A DNA stretch of 64,000 nt from Basidiobolus meristosporus CBS 931.73 (lineage: Eukaryota > Fungi > Basidiobolomycota). The notes beneath the pieces are model-generated. The model did no database searches and was not told where the DNA came from. It saw nothing but the letters and a program-made list of their open reading frames with translations. Of the stretch, positions 12,121-22,622 are shown piece by piece (position 1 is the stretch's first letter; each line of letters opens with the position of its first letter). The position numbers and the translations under genes were made by a program. The stretch lies in NCBI GenBank assembly GCA_002104905.1, contig MCFE01000273.1:1-64000 (forward strand). Reading direction: 5' to 3'.

Positions 12121-14280
12121 ATGTCTACTACTGCTATTACTGGAATTTTTCCCTCTGCTGAAAAGTTGGATGGATCTAACTACCAAGTGTGGAAGGTGAA
12201 GATGAAGATGCTGCTACAAGAAAGAGGCCTTTGGGATACTGTCATGGGAGAAGAATGCCCTCCTAAAAATGTGGGAGAGGAAGCCTTAAAGTACCAGAAG
12301 AAAGAACAAAGTGCCTTTAACTGCATTTGCCGTAATGTTAAGGACAAATTGCTAATTCAATGCTTAAGAGCAAAAACGGCAAAGAATGCCTAGAAGGCAT
12401 TAGAAGACACCTACCAGTCATGTTCAGCTTCCAAGAAAATGTATCTGAGACAAAAATTCTTTACTACAAAGATGCTTCCAGGAGAAGAAATGAAAAATCT
12501 AATTAACAGAATTACCCTGCTGGTTGATGAGATGGAATCTGTGGGCATACCAACTACTGATGAGGATGTGATAGTTACCATCCTGAATAGCCTGACAGAC
12601 AAGTTTCAGGGCCTTGTATCAGCCCTAGAGTCCAGAACTGAAGATTTGACCTTAAATTACGTATATGGAAGGCTCCTGGATGAAGAATTAAGAAAATCAA
12701 GCGCCAATAAGAAGGAAGAAGAAAATGCTTTAATAAGCAATGATAACCAACAAAAGAGGTACCCAAGACCCTACAAAGGCAACAACAACCTATTTTGCAA
12801 CTACTGCAAAAGGAAAGGACACACATCAGAATGGTGTCTCAAAGAGAGAGATTATCAGCAAAAGAAGCCTGAATATGGAAATGCCGCAACAACTGAAGAT
12901 AGACTATTCATATCTGCACTAAATATGACCACAAACAAGGATTCTCAGACATGGTATATTGACTCTGGAGCATCTCAACACTTTACACACCAAAAAGAAC
13001 TTTTACCCAATATCAAGAAATTCCAATTAAGAAGGTTTTCATGGGTGACAATAGAACACTTGTGCAGTGGGAGAAGGAACTATCCAAGTAAACTTTAGAA
13101 GCAGTGGAGGAAGCCATCCACTGACCTTTAAAGAATTACTCTATGTACCAGAAATAGCCAAGTACCTACTCTCTGTAAGCAAGGCTACAGCAGAAGGACT
13201 CAGTTTCAGTTTTGACAATTCTGGATGCAGGATCACTGATCAAAATGGTGCTCATATTGCTTTGGGCATCAGAGATCAGAATCTATACAAGTTGACCTAT
13301 ATTCCATCATATTTGGAAGCCAATATAAGTAACTTAAATGAAGAAACACCAATGCTTTGGCACAGGAGATTTGGACACATCAATTTTGATTATTTGTGTA
13401 AAATGATTAAAGATCAGCTAATTTCTGGAGTGAAAATTGATCCCCCAGCTAATTTGGAGCACTGTGAAGACTGCATATATGGGAAACAAGCCAGACAACC
13501 GTTCAAGAGCTCTGTGTTAATCAAAACTAAGAAAAAATTAGATCTAATTCACTCAGATCTGTGTGGACCTATGCAAAACTTATCCTTAGGTGGGATGAAG
13601 TATTGAATCACTTTTATTGATGATTATACAAGATACACAAGGGTCTACTTCATGGAGAAAAAGGAAGAAGCTCTGTCTAAGTTCAGGGAGTTTAAAGCCA
13701 TGGTGGAGAGAGAAACTGGTGGAAAAATCAAGAAAATATGCTCTGACAATGGTGGAGAATATACCTCAAAACTCTTCATCCACTTCTGCAAAATTCATGG
13801 GATAAAGCAAGACACTACTGTACCATACTCCCCACAGCAAAATGGAGTAGCAGAACAAGCTAACAGATCAATAATTGATATGGCAAGATCTATGATCCAT
13901 GATCAAAAATTATCCTATGATTTTTGGGCGGAATCAGTTGCCACTGCTGTATTTCTTAAAAATAGGAGTTATAACAGAATACTTCGTGATTCTACTCCAT
14001 TTGAAGCATGGTATGGATACAGACCAAGTGCAGAACATCTAAAAATATTTGGGTGTACAGCATATGCCAAAAAACTGGCTGGAAATCAGTCAAAATTTGA
14101 GCCAAAATGTGTAAAATGCATATTTTTGGGCTACTGCAATAAGAGTGAGGCATACAGACTCTACAATACCAAAGCAAAGTAGCTGATCAAGTCCAGGGAT
14201 GTGTTGTTTGATGAAAATTCAAAATTTTCACAAAAAATGACATCAGTTGATGAAGAAAATTTGATCTCAAGTCCACCAAT
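12121..14280 (+). pseudogene. gag-pol: Copia B1 gag-pol fragment (stops and frameshifts)
   Basis: ORF pieces 12121-12393, 12439-13098, 13067-13606, 13652-14182; CNYCKRKGHTSEWC knuckle, GAG-pre-integrase LWHRRFGH. Confidence 0.92.
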
Positions 14281-14780
14281 TGGCAGACTTGGCTTATATA
14301 AAAGAGTATTGTAAGATATTAGGGTGTATCATAGCTTATATGAGGCTACAAAATGGCTTGCTTAGCAGGAAGCAAAAGCTATACAATGAGATATTCAGTC
14401 ATTTTAGAGTGAGTTTAAAGCACAAATTTTGGTATTTATAGATATTCAGCATATTTGCAGCAAAATACAGACAAAAGTCATATATTAGAGAAAACAACAG
14501 AATAGGTAAAGTAGCTCAGACACTTATTAATGTACTGTTTGTTTGTACAAGAAGACATTCACCGAGAGATATGTGTTCAGAGCTTTACAAAGAGTAAATA
14601 AAGCAAGAAAATCACTATTCTTAGCAACATAAGTAAGATTTAGTAAAACTACCAGTGAGTTTATCCTACTGCTGAGAAGATGGAAGAAGTTCTAGTGCCA
14701 GGTGATGCCATAGAGTGCTGGATAGATCAAGCACTAGAAACAGTCTGGCACTATGTGGCACTATCTAATGGAACAAGTGT
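14281..14780 (+). mobile_element. Old Harbinger-like fragment H3: transposase 3' end plus adjacent TIR
   Basis: TGGCAGACTTGGCTTATATA... is a diverged reverse complement of 2333-2832; ends GGCACTATCTAATGGAACAAGTGT. Confidence 0.8.
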
Positions 14781-14782
14781 TA

Positions 14783-14877
14783 GATACTTGATGGCAAACA
14801 TAACAAAATACAAAGAAAGGCTACTTTGAAGGTATGGATAGCCATGCCTTTGCATGGCACTTGATGGATGCTTACTG
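14783..14877 (+). mobile_element. Short CACTA-like transposase fragment
   Basis: GATGGCAAACAT...TACTTTGAAGGTATG...CCATGCCTTTG...GCACTTGATGG matches about 54690-54780. Confidence 0.7.
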
Positions 14878-15226
14878 ACCCTGTGAAAAATAATGTGGTC
14901 CCGCAGGTGGCTCCAATTGGGATCAGCCACCAGGATCCCATTTAGGAACCATCATAATACAAGCATGACAATCTTATGATAGGATCACAACAGCATCTTG
15001 CTAATTTAGCTGCCAAATAAAGTTATAAAACTTGACAGGGTTTGATTGGTGCTGTGACAATAACTGCATGTCATTGATACGGTATTAATGCACTCTATGA
15101 CAATTTTGAATTGATCAAACCAGCCAGGACATTCAATTGCTTTAAGTGGCAAGGGACTTGATGGTTTTTCAACTGCCTCAATGCAAGACTCCAATGGCAT
15201 TATTATGGCAGTATGGTGGCTAACAA

Positions 15227-17971
15227 CTAATTCATTATATTGCTGCAGTAATAAGTTGCCAAATGGTATTTCCTTTTACTACCTCCTCTTGTGCAATTCA
15301 TATATTCCACTGTAGAATCACCAATCTGTATTTGCTTACCCACTACTACCTTGAGTATTCCACATATAGTTTGAATCAAAAAAGCTGTGGCCTCCTGCTT
15401 ACTAACCTCTGCAAATGCATACACCGGCTGCATTTGAAATACTTCTATCACCTCAACTTTACAGCTTTATAGTGCAATGCTTGCAAAGTTACCACTTTAC
15501 TTGTACTGCTGGTAGTGTATTCATCTTAGTGTATTCCTATTGCAGACATATGCTTGGTAGTTGCCACTTCTGCCATGAATACCTCTTCAATATTTGCAAA
15601 GAACATTTTTGAATTTAGCCAATGTATTCCTTCTCCCTGCTGGATTCAAGTCCCCCTTATGGGTGCACTCTGGCACTTGTTTGCGTGAATTCCATATTAA
15701 AAGGTGTAGAAGCTGGCTTGTGACCATGAAAATTCTGACATATCTTGGTAAAGTTCTCCTGCTAAGAATTAGTTGTTTGTTGCACCCAACCCACTTTGCA
15801 TTATTTAATGGATTACCCATGCATTGGGGCTGCTTAGCTTCTTACTGCCATATGCATAGGTGGCTCCTTGTACCCATCTGTCCTCAGTATTTTCTAACCC
15901 TTTGTGGCTCTCCTTGATGTGCCAACTCATCACATCCATGACAGACTTGAAGTCAATATTTGTGAGGAGACTGGGATTTGGTAGCACCTACAACTCAACA
16001 CCTTTTCCTATCTCTTCACACATCTGCTGCATAGGAAACTCCTAAAAGGTGAAGCAAGGCCTAATATTCTCAACACACTAAGCAAGATGTAATAGAGAAT
16101 GGATACAGTAGAGGCAGAGATCTACATGATCAGCTTTATACTTGTAGTATAGCAGCTCAGATCCTGTTACAAACTCCTTGCACAACAGTGGTAGATGCAT
16201 CAAGTTGGCACTGGTGATCTGCTTCTGGATAAATGTTCCAACAATGTCCACATATGTATCCCAATGCTTTCAGTGTACTCTTGGTAGGAATGGCTTCAGA
16301 ATGCCACTTGAATAAATACATAACTAGTTCATACACTCTTTGCATTTGTATTGTTTGATATGCATATGGATATTGATTGAAAGCCCTGAGACAAACTTGG
16401 GGTAGCTGATAGTCTGTAATGTTCTGCCAATACTTTCAAATTTCTCAGGTATCTCAAAGTTCTCATTTGGCTTGATATTACCCTGTACAATTTTGTCATC
16501 AGTACAGGGCTATTGTTGATAAGCAAATGCATTGCTCCCAGTGGAAATCTTTTGCTCCAACAGATACTCCTATCTTAAGTATCTCCAGTTTCCAATTGAT
16601 CCCATATTCTGGCCAATGGCTTATAGTTTGCCAACTTTGCTATCATTGCATGCTGACTTCTATATGCTATCTCTGTGGGAAGATGATGTTTTTAGTGTAG
16701 GTGTTTGGGTAATAATATGTGCAAGTTACAGAGTAAATCCCCTTGATCTCACATACTTGACAACAATACTGTCTATTGTGCCCAGAAAAACTGGATACCT
16801 TGCTAATGGTTGGGGTATCTCTAATGCAGATGATAAAATACACTTTTACATGATGGCCATTGATTGTTATCCTCCTGGAAAACATACAAAATTCACTCAG
16901 CAATAGATACAGGTTGCTATCCAGGCTGGAAGGCGACTTAGGCCAGATACCAGTGAGACTATCATCCAATCTTTACACCAGTACTGTAAGATGGACGGCA
17001 GATTCAGGTGGATGAGAATCAGTAGCCAGCTGTATGCAATGGTTTAGTACTTGTTTAATGAGAATCCATTAAGTGTCAATGCAAAGGCATGGTCATATAT
17101 ACCTTCAAATTAGCCTTTGTTTCTTAGCTGTTTGCAATGATTACCATTTAGTATATTGGATATGTTTACGCATGATTAATACTGAGTGCGGTACTGTATA
17201 GCTTTGCAATATTTGTTGGACTGCATGAGCTTCCTTAGATGGGGTATAACCAGAATATATCTGGAGTGTGAGCAATGTTTTCTTGCAATGGTAGCATTTT
17301 CAGATATGAATGCCATGCAACAGTTGACACATGCTGGAATCAGGACAGTCACTGGGCCATATGTTGCCAGCTACATGACTGTTGTCCATTTGTACCATGC
17401 ACATTGTAATTTGCATCCTGGAGTGATTTTGGCAAGAAGCAGTAATAAATACTCAAAGCCCCCATTATTGATATTAGTGGAAATACACCACTTCTCTAGC
17501 TACAGCACTACATCATTCCCCAGAAGATGGAATACTAGGCTCTCTTGACTCCATAAGGTATCCTTGGCAATTGTTTCAGCAGGTGTTGTTGCATGTCATG
17601 TTGGGATTTGACCAAGCTCAGGCATGGTACTGTTGTTAGGGGAGATAGGCTCATAAACCATCAAAGAGCCTTCTTTGTCAGAGCTATCACTCTGCATGCC
17701 ATATTCAGAAGGCTGAGGTGAGCCCAAAGGCATCATAACACATCTCACTAAGTTTCAAAAGGTGACAAAGATGGCCAGGTGCCAATGTAGAAATTTCATC
17801 TGGTCAGCAAGATAATGTTGGTACTGTAATGACTGATGAATGGTCAAATATGACCTGTGTGGCAAAACACAGGCCATAATCCATACAGTACTTCCTATGC
17901 ACTCTGCATGCTTCATGGCTGATAGGCTTGCTACAATAGCCACCAAGTCTTTTTCTCTTCTCTTAAGGTAT
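15227..17971 (-). pseudogene. CACTA/EnSpm-like (Tnp2-family) transposase, heavily degraded
   Basis: NLYLLLSEFCMFSRRITINGHHVKV...RDTPTISKVSSFSGHNRQYCCQVCEIKG (16667-16969); collinear with 44458-57142. Confidence 0.82.
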
Positions 17972-18216
17972 TAAGTCAAAGTAGTCTTGTCCATAGGGCA
18001 AGTAGTTTGGCTTTCAACAGTGTAATACTATTATATGACTTTATGGTCAATATTCATGTAAATATAAGACAGTCTTGCATTTGATACATTGCACCTACAT
18101 GAATGCAAGATTCAGTGATAACTCACCATAATAAGCATTTTGAACAGAGTTGTGACACCTCATACACATGTATATGTAACACTATTTCCCCATTAGTTGG
18201 CCTCACTTCCATATAT

Positions 18217-19877
18217 ATGCTACCAAGAAACAAAGCAAAATTATCTGGTTCCTAACCAAACCCCATTACTGACAGCAGCAGAAGAGCAGTTGGACAACAG
18301 CTTACTTTGACATTCAGTCAGCAAACAGGACTACATGAAATAAGTCAATGTTGACAGTGTACCCACTGAAGGTAAAAGTGAAGACTCTCCAAGCTCTCAG
18401 TTGAGTGGGCAAATGAGAACCTCTGTTGAGCTGCAAGCTGACTGCTATTCTCAGGCAGATGAGAGTGTGGCAAATGCAGTACCATCAGTTGAAGATTAGC
18501 AAGTGGCTATCATGACATCACTAAAACCCATATTAGCAAGTATGTTGTAAGCTCATACCAAATCATTGATGAAGTCATTAGGTGCAGTGGCAGAGAGGAT
18601 AGATGCAATAGCCCAGGGAATTCAGGAAATTGTCCAGAAACAGGATGAGACAATAATATGTGTAGAGCAATCAATATCCCAGGTAGAGAAAGCAGTATCT
18701 GTGCAGCAAAGAAGGAACTCAAGTAGCTCAACGTTTCAGCTAAGAGATGAGTCATTTCCCAATGTAACAGCAGAGGAACACCATATGGTCTTTGAATCAC
18801 AACCACAGTGCCCAAAGAAAAAGCCCACAGAAAAACCTATCATAGCATAGGAGGGTAACTATGTGGTGCTTACACCAAAGCCTACAAATCATAAGACATG
18901 AATATCTGAGATGCTGCTGAGTGCAATATTAAGGAGTAGGCTAATATTCAAGAGGCCATTAGAAGTCTAGCATGCCATCATCTTATGGCAGGCATACCAT
19001 GGGACCGTCAGGAACTAAAGGCAAAGCAGAATGCGCTTGACTTGTTCCATGAGCTTTATTTTGAATTCAACTGGGTGAACAGATCTTGGGCCAGTAATAG
19101 TATGCTAAGAAAGTATTATCAGAATAGCCAAGACTATTAAAGGCAAAAGAACAAGTGTGCTATGGCTGGAAGTCAGCAGTTTCCTCAAATGCCTGTTACA
19201 AGCAGGGCCAAAAGCTCCAAACAAGTGTAAAGCAGACATCATGCAGCTGGAAGAGTATCATTAACAGACAAGCAGGCAGAAACATGTTCACCAGTATAAC
19301 ATGTATGAAGAAAAAAGCATAGGACCACTCAAGAAGCACTCAGTCAAAGTAACGGTTAAGGATCTGGTAGTGATAAATACCAGTAGCTTTCACAGGAGCC
19401 CACCACAATTAAGTCTGAGAACTCCAAACAAGCCAAAATCAAACATCAGATTGCCAGAAGAGTGTCAGCAAGAGACAAGCTGGCCAAAACAGATGCATTA
19501 GAGCAGAATTTATCAAGGAGAAGCTCAGTTCATTACAAAAAGCACTCAGACAAAGTAGCAGCAAAAGACCTGGCAGTGAAAAAGGAAATGGTAAATGGAA
19601 AAATGTCTGCCCAAGCCTGAAACAAGGATGCATGCAAAAAAACTGCAGTTGTTGCCAATTAATGCCACAAGCCTGGAACAGACTGAATTCCATCATAGCT
19701 CAGAAGAATTACCAATATGAAACCTGCTGTTCTCACAAGAGTTTGAAGCACAGCCAGTTGAGCTACACTCCAGTGAGGTAAAAGAGTTTGCAGAAATAGG
19801 CAATTGGTTTACCACAGCCTCCAAATCCTCCATTTTTGACAGAGTGTGCACCCCACCTACAGACAAAGTAACAGCAT
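18217..19877 (+). pseudogene. CACTA-like partner ORF2 in U2
   Basis: ATG CTA CCA AGA AAC AAA GCA at 18217; piece 18566-18850; homologous to 57370-59170. Confidence 0.6.
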
Positions 19878-19878
19878 C

Positions 19879-20735
19879 AAGAACTCAAAAGGATATCACA
19901 ATGGCTTCAGGAGTGTCATCAACTATGACTAGGATATGTCTGAGGCTAGAAAGCATTAAAAGACTAAGCCAAAAGGCTACAATCACTATGTAGGCCTTTG
20001 CTTCAATTATCACCAGCATGAGCATATGTCAATGTACTGCCCTCAGAGAAGAAAGGAGTATCAGTAAAACAACAACCTTTAGCAACATAGAGGCCTGTCA
20101 GTATAGTAGCATAGAGGACCAACATGAAGAAGACTTGGAGCTCAACCACCACATGGCAGAAGAACACTTAACCCTTGTAACCTCATTTCAAGGATGCAAT
20201 TATACTGAAATGGAGTAATCAATGCAGTACCTGCCAAGATTATGCTTGACTCAGGAGTTTCTCATCAGTACAAATCAGACCAATTTGCCTTGAACACTGT
20301 TATCAACCTGAATGTGCCAAAGCAGCTTCAGCCTCCTTGAAGAAAATAAGAAAAGACTAGCAAAATACCATCATTTTTTCTACTGAGTTCCAAGTTTCTC
20401 AAAATAGACAGCTCTCAATATATCTGTTGTTAACTGATGGGCATGCAAGCAAACAAATTCTCTGGTAGGAGACTAGGTCAACCAGCATCCATGCCAAATT
20501 TGGCAATTAGCTGCCAATTACTTCTATCAAAAATTGCATTTGGAATTCAAACCAAAAACACCAGCTGAATAACAGATTAGTAACAATAGAATACCAGTTG
20601 AAAATTAGAAGAATTCTAAGCTTGAGATTTTCATAGGGTCTCAGCAGCTGATGGGAACTCCCATATACTCAGCCATATTACTCTGCTATCAGGAATGAAG
20701 ATCAATGACTATAAAGAAGATCTACAGGCCTATAT
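19879..20735 (+). pseudogene. Old Gypsy family C gag/protease fragments, with an unassigned insert at about 20312-20635
   Basis: QKGYNHY, GLCFNYHQHEHMSMYCPQ, PAKIMLDSG, MKINDYKEDLQAYI match C1 (25272-26761). Confidence 0.75.
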
Positions 20736-20736
20736 A

Positions 20737-20990
20737 CAATGAAACACCCTTCACAAGAGCACCCTGCATCAAGCCAATGTGTGTCAGGTCAATATGTGTA
20801 CTTCAGAACAAAACCACCAGAACTTGCCAAACTGCTTAGTTATACAAAAGTCCATTGGAGCAGGCCAAGTTGCATCAACAAATGGCATCACATCAAACTC
20901 AGCCAAGGGCCATGCCAGTATCTAGTTGTGCCTGTGCATGCCATTACACCAGACCATCAGTGGGTTACTTCTGGTGAACTGACTAATGAA
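20737..20990 (+). pseudogene. Harbinger-like ORF2 fragment
   Basis: ACACCCTTCACAAGAGCACCCTGCATCAAG...GTTACTTCTGGTGAACTGACT matches about 10400-10630. Confidence 0.75.
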
Positions 20991-21003
20991 GCATCAAGAT
21001 ATT

Positions 21004-21736
21004 AGACTTGTTCCGTTGGATAGTGCCACACTGAGCCATGAGTGCCAAATGATGCCATAGTGTGCCAGGGAGGCCAAGTGAGCCTACACTTGGCCACAGA
21101 GTGTGAAATATAGATCTGCATCTTCATGCAAAGCAGCCCCTGTGTCTCACTCATTGTGATGGAGAAAATCCATTTTTTGACCTTTTTTTTAGGTCAATGT
21201 TGTACAGGATGTGCAAGAGCATTAAAGGATTGAAGATATACATCTGGTGCTCAATACCCATGGCACTCTGAATCTAGCTCCTGTGGCTTGTAGCATGTCA
21301 CAAAAATGCATGGCACTATCTTGGTCCACTGGTACTATCTGGCACTATAAGTGCTTTGTATTGAACTTACTTTAGGGCTAATATTTAAATATAGTGCCAG
21401 ATAGTACCAGTGGACCAAGATAGTGCCATACATTTTTGTGACATGGTACAAGCCACAGGAGCTAGATTCAGAGTGCCATGGGTATTGAGCACCAGATGTA
21501 TATCTTCAATCCTTTAATGCTCTTGCACATCCTGCACAATATTGATCGACAAAAAAACGTCAAAAAATGGATTTTCTCCTGCATCATAGGTGAGACACTT
21601 GGGATGCTTTGCATGAAGATGCAGATCTATATTTCACACTCTGTGGCTAAGTATAGGCTTACTTAGCCTCTCTGGCACACTATGGCATCATTTGGCACTC
21701 ATGGCTCAATGTGGCACTATCCAACGGAACAAGTCT
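21004..21736. mobile_element. 733-bp foldback MITE of the Harbinger-like family
   Basis: Arms 21004-21349 and 21390-21736 are inverted copies around a 40-bp spacer; termini AGACTTGTTCCGTTGGATAGTGCC; TSD ATT at 21001-21003 and 21737-21739. Confidence 0.93.
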
Positions 21737-21738
21737 AT

Positions 21739-22107
21739 TGTTGAAATATTGGACTATTTGGTATCATTCTGCAGCTTAAAATTTACTTAACAATTCTGGA
21801 CTAGTCTAGGTCACTGTGGGACTAATTTACAGCTATAACTTTGCCAATTTCTTCAGATCTATGATATTATGATTATTCCCCTATAGTCAGGATCAAATTA
21901 ACACTAATACTAACTGTTATGTACTAACCCTGAAACTGTTACAGAATGCTCCAGAATATTAAGAAACCCTCCTTACCTAGTGTTACAGCTGTATTACTTC
22001 TACAAGGGTATAAATACTGAGCTTCTTTAGTAATAAACAACAGTTCAAGTATTATCACTATTTCTTGATAAGTTCCTAATATCCAAATCACTTCTTAAAT
22101 TGCAGCA
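21739..22107 (+). repeat. Copia family A solo LTR (369 bp)
   Basis: TGTTGAAATATTGG...TTGCAGCA; TSD GATAT at 20998-21002 (now separated by the MITE) and 22108-22112; no PBS or PPT adjacent. Confidence 0.92.
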
Positions 22108-22112
22108 GATAT

Positions 22113-22254
22113 TGCTATCACAAGAAAAGAAATTCAGAAGAACCATCTCAACTTTATTAGGGGAGAATGTTGTGGTCTACTGCTTGAATGTTTGAGTTAG
22201 ATCAGCTTTTAATCAAATCAAGAAGTTTATGGATTGTTGATCAGTATATAAGTG
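22113..22254 (+). mobile_element. Old Gypsy C 3' end, PPT and start of its 3' LTR (LTR from 22168)
   Basis: TATCACAAGAAAAGAAATTC...TAGGGGAGAA|TGTTG matches 31320-31400; the LTR continues at 27192. Confidence 0.8.
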
Positions 22255-22622
22255 TGTTACAAGTCTTGGTACAAGAGTTGTAGAGGAATAGGGAGTTTAG
22301 CTAGTATTGTATTCACTAGAACTTGAACTGATTTTTATTGAGGTTCCAGCAGCTCCTTATACACATTTTGACAGACCAATTGCTGACTAATTGCATTACC
22401 TAATATAGGTTGTGGCTGAAGACTCATTTGATTGCGTCATCATCACCCAATAAGATCCTACTTAATATATCTATTTCTGTCTGAGAAGGATCTGCTGATT
22501 CATTTGTTGACTAATGCTACTGATTTGATAGATAATACTGATATACTGATAACCTAAACATATACTAATTGATTTGACTAGAAACTGATCTAACTTAAAC
22601 ATTCAAGCGGCAGATCATAACA

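Larger units (their letters stand above)
11741..14280 (+). mobile_element. Ty1/Copia family B copy B1, 3'-truncated after the integrase
   Basis: 5' LTR 11741-12089, PBS at 12090, gag/PR/IN fragments (WYIDSGASQHF, HSDLCGPM, SDNGGEY, QQNGVAE); homologous to 45621-50301. Confidence 0.93.
14878..19877 (-). mobile_element. CACTA-like unit U2: one complete 5000-bp monomer, circularly permuted relative to the tandem copies
   Basis: Left end aligns to the complement of 57506 reading downward; right end aligns to the complement of 57507; contains transposase (minus), spacer and ORF2 (plus). Confidence 0.8.

Noticed and set aside
20492-20505. Perfect 14-bp palindrome TGCCAAATTTGGCA
   Set aside because: Single occurrence with no supporting context; compatible with chance
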